This document shows, one piece after another, positions 13,426 to 25,520 of a stretch of 64,000 nucleotides of DNA (position 1 is the stretch's first letter; each line of letters starts with the position of its first letter). Made by a program: the position numbers and the translations under genes. This stretch comes from Phaeosaccion multiseriatum (lineage: Eukaryota; Protista; Ochrophyta, other classes): the NCBI GenBank assembly GCA_965112735.1, contig OZ218956.1:2976001-3040000 (forward strand). The letters are read 5' to 3'. The notes below the pieces were generated by a model. It had not been told where the DNA came from. It saw only the letters and a program-made list of their open reading frames with translations, and did no database searches.

Positions 13426-14433
13426 TCAGCCGAGGGCAACGAGCTCCACCATGTACTCCTCCAGTCCTCCACACGAGTCCGCGGAGAGCCCGTACCGCCG
13501 TCGCCGCTGCCGCCGCCTCTGCCGCTCACGCTTTGCCTGATGCGCCCCCCTCTGCTGCTGTTGTTGTTGTTGTTGCTGCTCTGTTGTCTGCCTCCTCCAG
13601 ATGCCCCCCGCCAGGCCGCTGTTCCTTCTCACCAGCGAATGCCGGGAGGGCTTGTCGGCCTGCCTCCGCTCCTCGACCCCGCCCCCCCATGACGATGACA
13701 CTGCTACTCGAGTACCGTGCTGCAGAGGGACCCCGCCCAGCCTCCACTCCCACTTGGCCGCCTCCACATCCCAGTTTGCCTTCCGCAGCCACTCTCGTGC
13801 TCGCCCCTCACACACCCCCGTCTCGCGCACGAAGCTGCGCACGCTGGCTAGGCACCCACTACTGCCGCTATTCACACTATTGCAGACGCTCTTCAGCCCC
13901 TTCGGTGGGGCCTGGCCTCTTCTCCTACCGGCGGGAACAAGGAGCCACTCTCGCACCTGAACGGAAAGAGGGCGGGAGGGCGGGCGAGGAAACAGATTTA
14001 AGCGCAAGAAGGGGTCCGCCTTCTCCATCAGTGGAAGGCAAGTGTGCGATGAGTGGATGCTGTTGATGATGCTTTGAGTGTTCCATCCACGATACTCGCT
14101 ACCTACCTGAAAATCGTCGCTGGAGAAGTGGTTGAGTTGGCGCAGCTCCTTTGCTGTGCATCTATAGCGTAGACAAAGCCCCACCAAAGTGTCCTCTGGG
14201 CTCACACGATGCTCCCATAACTGCTCTTCAGCCTCATGCCCGTCTACTGTGTGCCCATTTGAACCAGCTTCCTCCGGTGCGTTGCCACAATTACTCTCCG
14301 CACTGCTGGCCAGGGAGGTTGTAGACGTGGAGGGGGAGAGACCGCACTTAATCATATCATGCTGGGACGCAGCGCTGAGGAAATGACTCTCACAGTAGGA
14401 CGTGAGGGTGTCAGGCGCTTCCAGGAACACCAT
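13426..14433 (-). CDS. LysM plus UBA-like domain protein; intron 13957-14106
   Basis: EHRVSPEDTLVGLCLRYRCTAKELRQLNHFSSDDFQ|VREWLLVP (LysM); VRSFVRETGVCEGRAREWLRKANWDVEAA (UBA-like). Confidence 0.8.
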   Translation of the reverse strand: MVFLEAPDTLTSYCESHFLSAASQHDMIKCGLSPSTSTTSLASSAESNCGNAPEEAGSNGHTVDGHEAEEQLWEHRVSPEDTLVGLCLRYRCTAKELRQLNHFSSDDFQVGSEYRGWNTQSIINSIHSSHTCLPLMEKADPFLRLNLFPRPPSRPLSVQVREWLLVPAGRRRGQAPPKGLKSVCNSVNSGSSGCLASVRSFVRETGVCEGRAREWLRKANWDVEAAKWEWRLGGVPLQHGTRVAVSSSWGGGVEERRQADKPSRHSLVRRNSGLAGGIWRRQTTEQQQQQQQQQRGAHQAKRERQRRRQRRRRYGLSADSCGGLEEYMVELVALG

Positions 14434-14444
14434 TGCTTGTGTGT

Positions 14445-14483
<39 letters not shown>

Positions 14484-14836
14484 CTCGTTCCAGTCAAACT
14501 CTAATGGAAGAGCTTTTCCTCCAGCAAGGAGACCCTATGCCGCAGCCGCCAATACCACAGGTCAACTAAGTGAAGAACTAAGTGAAGAAAAGAGGAGGAG
14601 GAAGAGAGAAATGGAAGAAGAAGAATGAATGCAATGCACCGCTGACTGAGTGTATCGACTTTTGCGTGTCGACATCAAGAAAAGGTCTCAAAGTAAAAAG
14701 AGGAAGGCGAGCGCCGCTGCCATTGTCCCCTTTATCCCGGAGGGGGAAAGGCGGGCTCGCCAACTGGCCGTGTAGCTGAGCGAAGGGAGGGTGAATACCT
14801 CTCACTGCAAAGTTGGATCTGGAGAGCGGCAGAGAG

Positions 14837-17800
14837 ATGAAGCACCAGCAGGATGGCGTGCACGTGCGCGACCTCGTGCTCATCGGGGGAGGCCATGCAC
14901 ATGTCCACGTGCTGAAGATGCTGGGCATGAAGGTGAGAGGGCCCAGCTCAGGCAGCGAAAGGGGGGGTTCACTGAGAAGGCGGACCACTCCCTTTGGTCC
15001 CCTGCTAGCAGCAAGCCCAGCCGTAAAAAACCCTGGAAAGAAGCACTAACGCTGCCACAGCGCTGATGTACCCGCCCTTCCCTTCTTGGCTTACCTCACC
15101 TCACCCTCTTTGTCTTTTGACTCTGGCCCTGGCCCTGACCTTCGCCTACCTGGCCTGATCCTCCCCCAAGCCGTGTGCCGCTCCCCAACGAAGCCTGCCT
15201 CGAGGGTATCTATCTCACCCCTTCTTCCCCTCCTTCTTCTTCTCCTGGTCCTCCCCCTACTCCTCTCCCCCCCCTATCACAGCCCATCCCGGGTGTGCAA
15301 CTCACCCTCATCACGAGGGACATGAACACGCCCTACAGCGGTATGCTACCTGGGTACGTTGCCGGCTTCTACACCAAGGAGGAGTGCCACGTGGACCTTT
15401 GTCGCATGGCTCGATTTTGTAACGCCAGACTGGTCCACACCGAAGCAACGGGGATAGACACCAAGCGTCGCCTCATCTCTTGCTCGGACGGACGACCCCC
15501 CATCCGATACGACGTCCTCAGTGTTGACATCGGGTCCACACCTCGCTTCCTGCCCGGCTACGAGCCTTCAGAGCTTCCTCATGTAACCCGAGTCAAGCCC
15601 ATTGACAGTTTCAGTGCGCGCTGGGACCACATTTCGGAGAGGGTATTGGCTAGGGCCAGGGCTTTGGAGGAGGAGGACGAACAGGGGGGTGGGAGCAAGA
15701 GCAAAGGAGGGGCGGAGGGCACGAGGGTTACGGAGCCAGTGCGGCTGGTTGTGGTTGGGGGAGGAGCGGGAGGGGTGGAGCTGGGGCTGGCGATGCAGCA
15801 TAAGCTTAGGCAGACACTGCGCGAGAGGGGCAAGGACCCGGACGTGGTGCAGCTTGGTAAGTGGGTAGTGTAGGGGGAGGGGAAGGAGGAAGGAGGGGAA
15901 GAGAGGGTAGGGAAGGACGCATAGGGAAAAGGGGGAGGAGGGGAAAGGGGAGGGGAAGGAAGGGAAGGGAAGGGAGGCTGGGGTTTAGGGAGTTCGCTCT
16001 GTTGCCTGAGGTCAGGGCTATTTGGGGACCAAATTACTCCCCCCTTCTCAGTCAAGCTGTGTGCACGCAGAGGCTGCGGCTGTCTTTCTAATGTGTGATT
16101 GCGTGTGTGTGTGTGTGCGTGTGTCCCCTGCTTCTCCCCTCATTTGATGAAATCTATTCCACTTTTAGTGCTTGTGAGTAGGGGAAAGCAGGTGTTGTCC
16201 ACGCATAACGCAAGGGTTCGAAAGGTGTTCGAGCGCATCTTCGAAGAGAGGAAAGTCGAGCTTCATCTCGGGGCCGGGGTCACTGGGATAGAAGGGGGGG
16301 GGGGGAGGGGAGCAGAAGGAGAAGGAGGAGGAGGAGGAGGAGGAGGAGGAGGAGGAGGAGGAGGAGGAGGAGGAGGAGAGGGGGAGGCGGGTGAAAGCAT
16401 CAAGGGTGCTAAGGATGATGAGGATGATGTTGATACGCATGTTGGTGATACACAGCTCCCCACAATCGTGTGCGAGGACGGGAACCGAGTGGCCTTCGAC
16501 GAAGTGATTTGGTGCACAAGCAGCGGGGCCGCCGAGTGGCTGCGGCAGACGGGACTCGAACTCAATGAAGGGGGTTTCATATGTGTGGATGCCCGTCTGC
16601 AGTCCAGCAACACGCCGGGGGTGTTTGCAGTGGGTGACTGCTGCCACATGACCGAGAGTCCTCGGCCGAAAGCAGGTGAGGGGGTGAGTGAGGGGAGGGA
16701 GGGGAGGGAGGGGAGGGAGGGGAGGCGCAGAACCAAGTGAGGAGGTTTGGGTCGGGGATCAAGGGCCGAGGTCAGGGGTGGTCCAGGTCCGGGTCAGGGT
16801 CAGGGGTCAGGGCTAGGGTCGTTCCCCACATGCCATCATCCATTACCATCCATACGGGATAAACGACCACAACTACTTACGTGGCTCATGTTGCTCTCGT
16901 TCTGAAAACGAAAGGTGTGTTTGCCGTGCGCTCGGGACCCCCCCTGGAGAAGAACCTTCGCCGGCTCCTCGAGGGAAAGCAGCTCGAACCCTTTACACCA
17001 CAAAAGACCTTCCTGGGGCTCATTAGCAGCGGGGATCAGTTCGCAGTCGCATCCAAGGGAGACTATTGCGCCACAGGGGAGTGGGTGTGGCGATGGAAGG
17101 ATAAGATCGATCGCAAGTGGATGAAAATGTACCAGGTAAAGCGACATTTTGTTGAGTGTTAAAAAGGGTGTAGTTTCAGTTTCGATTTCAGCAGCGTAGA
17201 GTAGCTTCCTCCGCCACGCACCCCAAACCTTACCCCCCAATCTCACTTACCAAACAGGAGCTGCCTGAGATGGAGGAGTCCCCTCCGAAGGCCTCTGAAG
17301 TCGCCTTAGCCGCAGGGCCGTCGGCACTGGCCGCTGTGGCCGCGTCAAGCATGCGCTGTCAAGGCTGTGGTAGTAAGGTGGGACCCTCATTGCTTGCTGA
17401 CGTCCTGGCAGAGCTCGGGCTGGGAGGGGGTAGGAGTGACGACGTGGGGAATGGCACAAGGACAAATGGTAGGTATGGAAGTGGTGGGAGTGGGATAGGG
17501 GACGATGCCGCCATCGTCCCGTCGCCGCCCCCCGGCTTCGATCTTGTACACACGGTGGACTTCTTCCGCGCCTTCCTCACGGACCCCTTTGTGTTCGGAG
17601 CCGTCGCCGCCAACCATGCCCTTTCTGACATTCACGCGATGGGGGCTGAGGCTACCTCGGCGCTTGCGGTGGTGGTGGTGCCCTATGCTTTGGAAGGTAG
17701 GTGCAGGGTCCCACCTGTCCCTCTCCCTCTGTGTCTTCTGTCCCCCTCTATCTCTCTCCCTCTTCTGTCCACCCACCCCCACTTTCTCTCTCTCTCTCTC

Positions 17801-19571
17801 TCTGTGTGTGTGTATGTCTCGGCTCGCCCGCTCACTCCCCTTGGTTGTGCCCCATTTCTCTCTCTCGCTTTTGCGTCTCTCTCTCTCTCTCTTGTCTTCT
17901 CTCTCTGTCTCTCTTTGTGTGTATGTATGTGTCGTCTGGTGCAGACAACATGAGGTCCAACTTAGTGCAGCTCATGGCGGGAGCTCTGAAGGTGCTCAAT
18001 GAGGCAGGCTGTCAACTCATCGGCGGACACACATCGGAGGGGCCAGAGGTACGTCCATCCACCCACCTACCTGCCTACCTACCCACCTATCTGCCTACCT
18101 ACCCTCCTATCTCCTTCCTACCCACCTACCCACCTACCTGCCTACCTGCCTACCTACCCACCACCTACCCACCCACCTACCAACCCACCCTCCTGCCAAC
18201 CCACCCACCTACCTACCCACCTATCTACCTACCCATCTATTTACCTACCTACCTGCCTACCTACCCACCCAACTACCCACCCACCCACCTACCTACCTAC
18301 CTACCTACCTACCTACCTTCCAACCTACTTACCTACCTACCCACCTACCTACCTACCTACCTTCCTACCTACCCACCCACCCCCGTACCCACCTGTGCCG
18401 TTCTATTATCGCTTGAGCTCCTCCATGGATCATGCTGGGCCTTCTGACTTCTTCCCATGGTGGACTTTCTCACATCCCTCCCCACCCCTGCCCCGCCCCT
18501 GCTTTCCCTCCCCACCCTGTCCCGCCCCTGCTTTGGTGTGTGGTTGTGCCTCATATCACATCACATTTTTCACAGATGGCTCTCGGGTTTTCAGTGAATG
18601 GGCACTTGAAGAAGGGCACCGCGCTTCGCAAAGGAGGTCTGAGGAGGGGAGACGCTCTCATCGTCACCAAGCCTCTAGGGACAGGCACAATCTTTGCCTC
18701 CGATATGCGAGGCAAGGCCAAGGGAGAGTGGGTCGAAGCAGCCACTCAGTCCATGATGTTGAGCAACAGGGAAGCGGCGGTTATTCTACGTCAGCACGAG
18801 TGTCGTGCGGCGACGGATGTGACGGGCTTTGGGGTGCTGGGGCACCTGCTGGAAATGCTACATGCCGCCAATGCCAATGCTACTGCTACTGCTACTACTG
18901 CCGCTACTGCTACTGCTACTGCTGCCCAATCATCCTCATCAGGAGGAGAGGGGGGAGGAGGAGGAGGAGGAGGAGGAGGAGGAGGAGGAGGAGGAGGAGG
19001 CGGAGGTGGAGGAGCAGGAGGAGGGTCGCTTTGTGCCCAGTTGGACCTAGACTCCCTCCCATCCATCGCCGGAGCCCTCGACAGCATGCAGGGAGGTGTG
19101 TTCTCTTCGTTGCACCCCTCCAATGTAAGGGCCGCTCGACGGGTGGTGGAGGGAGTCCTTGCCAAGGAACAAGTCAAGGGTCAGGGTCAGGGTCAGGATC
19201 AGGGTCAGGGTCAGATTCAGGATCAAACCCACCCTGCCTGGGAGCTTCTCTTCGACCCCCAAACAGCAGGCGGGCTGCTGGGAGGGGTGCCGTCGGAACG
19301 GGCAGAGGCATGCGTAGCTGCGCTGAGGAGGCACGGTTACAAGCACGCCACCGTCATCGGATGCATCAGCCCCAGCACTAGCACTAGCAGTAGCAGTAGC
19401 AATGGAAGTAGTAGCGCGGCGGTAGAGGGAGAAGAGGGCCGCGTCACGTTTGGGCCAATGAAACCGTCAGTTGGTGATACAAAAGTAGCACTAGCAGCAG
19501 TTGGTGATACAGCAGCAGCAGCAGCAGCAGCAGCACCACCAGTATCAGCAGCGGCCGGAGAAGAACGTTAA
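14837..19571 (+). CDS. selD: Selenide, water dikinase (selenophosphate synthetase) fused to an N-terminal FAD/pyridine nucleotide-disulfide oxidoreductase; exons 14837-14932, 15283-15856, 16169-16675, 16915-17135, 17258-17696, 17945-18048, 18576-19571
   Basis: Oxidoreductase motifs [70 protein letters not shown]. SelD motifs [69 protein letters not shown]. Confidence 0.95.
18052..18390. repeat. Intronic (CCTA/CCCA)n microsatellite
   Basis: Directly visible in SelD intron 6. Confidence 0.9.
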
Positions 19572-19755
19572 ATCGTATAGAAGTACTTCCACCACTCTGT
19601 TGTATTTTTTTCTCTCTCTCGCTTCCTCCTTATCTCTCTCTCCCTCTCCCTTCCCTCCACATCTCTCAACTACTTAATCACTCAAGCACAACCGCTGTGT
19701 GTCTGTCTGTCTGTCTGTCTGTCTCTCTACCTGTCCGCCGTCATGCTGCACGGTT

Positions 19756-21198
19756 TCATGGCCTCTTCTTCGGAAGGCTCTTGAGGAGAAGATCTTCTTT
19801 TTTGTGCTGCCACACCCGGTACGCGAAGCTCTCCACCTCGCCCTTCTTCTCCGTCGTCCGCGTGATGAGAAGATTGTCTGTGGGGTATCGAAATCGCATC
19901 CCGTCGTAGAAGTGTGTATGGGACCATTCAATAACGCATGGGTCGGAGCGGAGTGTTACAGTAGTTTCAGACTCATTTTCGGTTTCAATTTTGTTAGACC
20001 CCGCCCACTGCTAACCAGCCAATGATTGTCAACATCGATAGATCTAGTAGTATGAAGAGGTTGAATAATCGAGCATCAAGACGTCGATATCGGATCGGGG
20101 TGGGGGAGGGATGGAAGGAGACAAGGAATCGGCCGTGCAAACACACGCATGCACACAACGCACAGACACAAGCAAAGCAGCAGCAGCAGCAGCAACAGTT
20201 CGCCATATGGCAAAGAGAGGCTACGATAACGCAGTTACACACACACCGTCCAGGACGAGGATCTTCAGAGCCTCTGACGCCTTGCCCACGGGTATGAACA
20301 TCACGGAGCACGCATCGTAGCTCAGATCGGCGACTCGGAGACCCTCGTCCAGTGCCCACGTGCCCGACTGACGCACCGCCCCTCCCACGCCAGACTTGGA
20401 TACAATGGTGCCCGACTCAGAGAAGGACATCGTCTCACCCTGTGATTGTGATGTGATGATGTGTGGTTGGTCACACGTTACGAAGGGCCAAGGGGCACAA
20501 TGTGAGGGGTCCAAGGGGCACAAAGAGAGGGGCCAAGGGTCACAAAGGAGAGTTCCAATTGTGGCAGCACAGTGGGTGGGGATGGGGGGAGGAGCAAGCG
20601 GAGGGGGGGGCAGGGGAGGGAGCGCAACGGGAATAGAAACACAGTACCGAAGAGAGTAGGAGCGTCGTAACCCGGTAAGTCAGTAAGGCAGCTAGCCTCG
20701 GTAAGTCAGTAAGGCAGCTAGCCTCGGTAAGTCAGTAAGGCAGCTAGCCTCGGTAAGTCAGTAAGGCAGCTAGCCTCGGTAAGGCAGTAAGGCAGCTAGC
20801 CTCATTGTCCACCATACTCTCCAAGCCCCCCCCCCTCTCTCCCTCTCTCTCCCTCTCTCACCATCATCGCATACGAGACGCTCCCCTCTCTATTAACGTC
20901 CAGCTGCCGCCTCCAAATCCCGTCGATACCTCCATCGCCCCCCCCCTCTTCACCCTCCCCACCCCCACCCTCACCCCTCACCCTCCCCTCCCCCGTTAGT
21001 CTCTGCCGCATGTCCTCCAAATCTCCCACAAGCCCCCGCTGCGTCGCCGTTGGAGTGAGCCTCTCCACTAGACTCTTGGCGGTGTTGGGGTTGCCTCGGG
21101 CAATGTCTTTCCACGTGAGCTCATCCAAGTCGACCTCGTCCACCAGCTCCTGTCCACTGAGGTCGACCCAGTTCTTCTTCTTCTGTCCTCCTTCTCCT

Positions 21199-21245
<47 letters not shown>

Positions 21246-23005
21246 GTCAGTTGCGCTCAGTTCTGCCAGTGCCTGCAAAGGGAACCAAAACACTCGTGAG
21301 GAGTCCTATGAAGGGAGGGAGGGCGAGACCTCTTGTTCCTCTTCTTCCTCCTGCTCCTCCCCCTGCCAGCCCATGCCTCCTCCCTCCCTCTGCACCGACT
21401 CTCCCCATCCCCTTCTCCTCCCCTCACCCTCACCCTCACCCTCACCCCTCACCCCTCACCCCTCACTCACCCACCCACCCACCCACCTGCTCCAAGGCCC
21501 GGTCGACATCCGCTGCTCGCTCCGACAGAAACGCCAATGCTTGTCGTACCCTGCTGTTGCTGATGCCCCTCAGCCCGTACTTGATGGCCTTCCTCAGTAG
21601 CTCCTTGGCGTCCTTGACGCTAAACACCTTTTTGGAGTTGGGAGTTTTTAGTTCGATATCAGTTGCCATTTCACTTCAACTTCAAGAGTTTCAGTACTCA
21701 GCTTTAGCTCAATGAAACTGTGTGTAAGACGCTACAGTATAAGGTCTGGCAAAGGTACATGTCGAATATCGATTTCGAAAATCGTACCTTGGAGCTGGCC
21801 CCGAAGCCGTCGACGTCCTTCTCCTGATAAGAAGCGCTGTAGCTACTGTAAGCACCCCACTCGTAAGGCACCTTGTCGGCGTGTCTCTGATTGGGTGGGT
21901 GGGTGGATGATGGTTGGTTGGTTGGTTGGTTGGTTGCTTAGTTGGTGAAGTGGATGGGGTGGGTGGGTGGTTGGCTGGTTTCTGGTTGGTTGGTTTCAAT
22001 GGTTGATCCGTCTATCTCTCCATCCCCCTCCATCACTCTCCTTCCTCACTCTTCATCACTCTCTTTCCCCTGTCCCTGTCCCTCTCCCTCTCTTTCTACT
22101 CACATCAAATAACCCCGCCACCTCCCCCTTGACGTCCTCGTCCCTTTGGAAGTTCAACGCGTCCACTGCCTGAATTCCCAAATCCAGTCTTCGCGCCGCC
22201 TTCTTTATCTGAGAAAAGGGGGAACAGACAGAACGACAACAGATCGTCGGGTCGATATATGGTCGTGGGATCCATCGACATTGGCTAGAGTCGAACTGAA
22301 CTGAAGTGGAACTGAACCTGCCACATGACCCGCACCCACGTGTCCCTTGGCACCAAAAGGTACCAACTAACCTCTTCGTCCCTTGACTTCTTGAGTGCTT
22401 TGTACACATCCTGGGCCCTGAAGGATTGCCTGGACGCCTCGTACGCCATGCCAAGCTCCAGCCACACCTGCAGCAAAAGCACAATATCCAACATAATAAG
22501 ACCAATCACACACATACACACACATACATACACATATATACACACACATACACACACGCACATACACACACACATACACGTATCACGCACAACACAATCG
22601 TTTGATAGCACGATCCAAAGGTAAGAGAGGGTACAGCAATCAACCACATCAAATCAAATCAAATCGAGGTATGTGTGTTTGGGGGGGGGGGGGGCTACAA
22701 GACCACAAGGCCCTCGGGGGGGGCTTGCTTCACAAATGGCGCACCCCCATCCTTGTATACCCTGCTCAGACACTACGTCTTAGGTTGATTCCTTTTTTTT
22801 TTTTTTTAATATATATATAAACCTCTTTGAGTGCCTCACCTGCCCCCCCAGCGGCCCGTGCACGGAGCTGATGTCTTGCACTGCCTCGAGAGCGTCGACC
22901 GCTCCAAAGGTGTCACCGAAGCGCATTGCGCGTTTCGCAGCGACCAGCGCACCCTACGGCACAAGCACGCACACACACATACACACACACGCACACGCAC
23001 GTATG

Positions 23006-23088
<83 letters not shown>

Positions 23089-24150
23089 ATACACGCACAG
23101 AAGAGGGCAGCAAACAGTATGGCGTCGCATCAGCAGCAGTATTAGTAGAGGGCGTAGGGTACATTAGTTGTTGGTGATGACATACAGTTGGAGGGATAAG
23201 GTAGGGTAGGGTAGGGCAGGGTAGGGTAAGGTACAATAGGGTAGGGTAAGGTACCCCCTCGTACTCCACACACCCCTCCCCATCCAACACCACCCCACCC
23301 CACTCTATCCCCGCTGGTGCACCTCTAGTTTCGCCTTATTGGTGCTCTCGGCCAAGACCATGGGGTCGTCACTTTTCAGGTACTTGCGAAGTTTCTTGCG
23401 CGTCTCCTCCTGCAGCCTGCTCGACGACGGCAACGCGGCAGTTGGTGATACAGTAGCAGAGGCCGCAACCAGTCAGGGTGGCAGTTGGTGATACAGTAAC
23501 AGAGGCCGCAAGCAGTCAGGGTGGTAGTTGGTGATACAGTAACAGAGGCCGCAAGCAATCAGGGTGGCAGTTGGTGATACGGTAACAGAGGCCGCAAGCA
23601 ATCAGGGTGGCAGTTGGTGATACACTAGCAGAGGCCGCAAGCAGTAAGGTTGCAGTGGGCGATACGGTGATATGGTAGCAGAGGAACCAAGCCCCTCTCC
23701 CTCCCACATTCAAAGACTTGACTGACTCAACTGTTCCATCTTGATCGCCCTCATCTCCGGGCTGACACGCCCCGGATCTCGTCCCCCTCCGAAAGCCTTG
23801 CTGATGTCCTTGGGCCTCTCAAACACCCCCCAAGTGCTCACAGATGGTGCATACCCGTCGTCGTCATCGTCCGTTACACCCTCCCACACGCCCCCCACTC
23901 CCCCTGTTCGCACCGGTGTAGCACTCTCCTTCTCGGCCTCGGCAGCCTCTAAATTCTGCTGTGCTTCAGCGTACTTCTCATTGAACACATCGAGGGGGGA
24001 TTTGGTCTCGAAGAAAGCTTCCGCACTCCTCATGTCGCCACCGAACCCTGATTCATTCGATTTGACAAATCGTGCACAAATCAGATGTGCTTGTGTTTTT
24101 ACGTCTCTCTCTCTCTGTGTGTATGTGTGTGTTGGCGTGTGTGTGTGTTC

Positions 24151-24181
<31 letters not shown>

Positions 24182-25255
24182 TTCTGTTTGGAGATAATTG
24201 CGAAGTAAGTACTCTTCTCTCTCCCTGTCACCCCCTTCATCCTTCCCTCCCTCTCACCTGCCAGTCCCCCCATCCCCTGCTCGTCGCCGGCCCTAGTTAT
24301 CATATCTTCGAACTTCTGCTGGGCGTCGAAGTCTTCCTTGTCGATCACATTCTGAGTCCTCCTGCCCTGGGCCAGCTCACTCTCCATGAGCTGCCAGCGT
24401 CGCATGTAGCAAAACGTAAGAGAAGGCAGACTTCGTAAGTAATTGTGCATAGGAGACAGAGAGAGGCAGTGAGCTTCACAATACAGTGGCCCAAACAGAG
24501 GCCCAAACAGGGAAGACAACACACGGAGACTGATGGCCCAGAGAATGCGGAAGATGCCCTCAATGTGCTCACTCGTACTCATAGCTGTGTACCAGACAGG
24601 ATCGTCATCTTTCCCCTCCCCTCCATTTCGACTTTCTTTCTTACCCTCCCCCCCCCCCTCCATGAGCCCCCTGCCATTGTTCCCTCTCTCACTCACAGAA
24701 GAATCTCCCTTGACAACGATGGAATTCCGCTTCTCCCACTCTTCGGATTTGACTTTCCCACTGCTGTACTTGGCCATCTGTTCGTTTGTAGACAGGGGGA
24801 GGGGGGACGGTGGGCGTGTATTGCTAAAGAGGAGGGCCATCAGGGCCAACAGGGGCAGCAGGGGCAGTAGCCAATAGCTCAATCATCCCGTCTATTCCTC
24901 ACTCCATCTCTCTGTGTATGTGAGTCTTTCTCTTTCTCGGCATCTTTCTCTCAAGTCGGTGTGCTGTGCCTCAGACGCGGCCTCTTACCTTTTCGGCCAC
25001 TGAGTCTTCCTTCTTGATGGAGTCTTCATAGCCCTTCCCGCTGCTGGCAAGCTGCCGGAGCTTGGTGATCTTCTCCGAGATTTCATTCTTCCGCGCTTCC
25101 CTGTCTTTTTCGCTCGCGTAGAGACGTCGACTCCGGGGAGGGTGCTGGTTACGCGCACCACCCTGGACCGGGAAAGGCGCATTTGAAAAGGCCTCAACGG
25201 CACCACTCAGTACCACTACACCCACAGCGCAAGATGCTGCTGCAGGGAGACGCAT
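19756..25255 (-). CDS. Plastid-targeted TPR-like protein with C-terminal PAP/fibrillin-like beta-barrel, about 13 exons
   Basis: Signal peptide MRLPAAASCAVGVVVLSGAVEA|FSN; YAPSVSTWGVFERPKDISKAFGGGR as in a plant/algal plastid TPR-like family; TPR-like LGGQ|VWLELGMAYEA; C-terminal IDGIWR and LKILVLD|DNLLITRT. Confidence 0.75.
20673..20802. repeat. 26-bp minisatellite x5 (CGGTAAGTCAGTAAGGCAGCTAGCCT), intronic
   Basis: Five near-identical contiguous units. Confidence 0.95.
22971..23086. repeat. (CA)n microsatellite, intronic
   Basis: Directly visible. Confidence 0.95.
23437..23670. repeat. 43-bp minisatellite x~5.5 carrying CAGTTGGTGATAC, intronic
   Basis: Units start at 23439, 23482, 23525, 23568 and 23611, with a degenerate sixth. 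Confidence 0.95.
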
Positions 25256-25520
25256 CGTCTCACCTACAAGGGGGGAACGATGAAGAGCGGAAAAGATTTT
25301 GACCTTTAAGTGCCATCTGTGGATGGGCAGACATGTTGGTGCTCCAGCTAATCTCCTTTTTTTGTTCTTCTTTTTGGGGTGTCCTCGACCTCGAGCTCCT
25401 GCGCTGCTCCCTCCCCCTCTTCCCCCCCTTGCCCTTCCCTCTCTCCCTGCCCCTCCTTCCCCCCCTCCCCTCCCCTCTTCCCCACCTCCTCTCCCTCCCC
25501 CGACGTCATGTCCCACCAAT

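Noticed and set aside
17351-17380. Selenocysteine codon in the SelD active site
   Set aside because: Both Cys codons are TGT and the spliced model has no in-frame TGA.
17701-18447. PTYL-repeat extensin-like ORF
   Set aside because: Intronic (CCTA)n satellite within selD.
19177-19225. TCAGGG runs (also ~16790 and reversed at ~48300) as interstitial telomere repeats
   Set aside because: Short and imperfect, and two of the three encode GQ/GS linkers.
14837-19571. Bacterial contamination explaining selD
   Set aside because: It has six spliceosomal introns with host-type microsatellites and coding repeats.
23437-23670. CRISPR-like array (43-bp period); likewise the 26-bp array at 20673-20802
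   Set aside because: Units are contiguous and near-identical with no unique spacers, lie in eukaryotic introns, and have no cas genes nearby.
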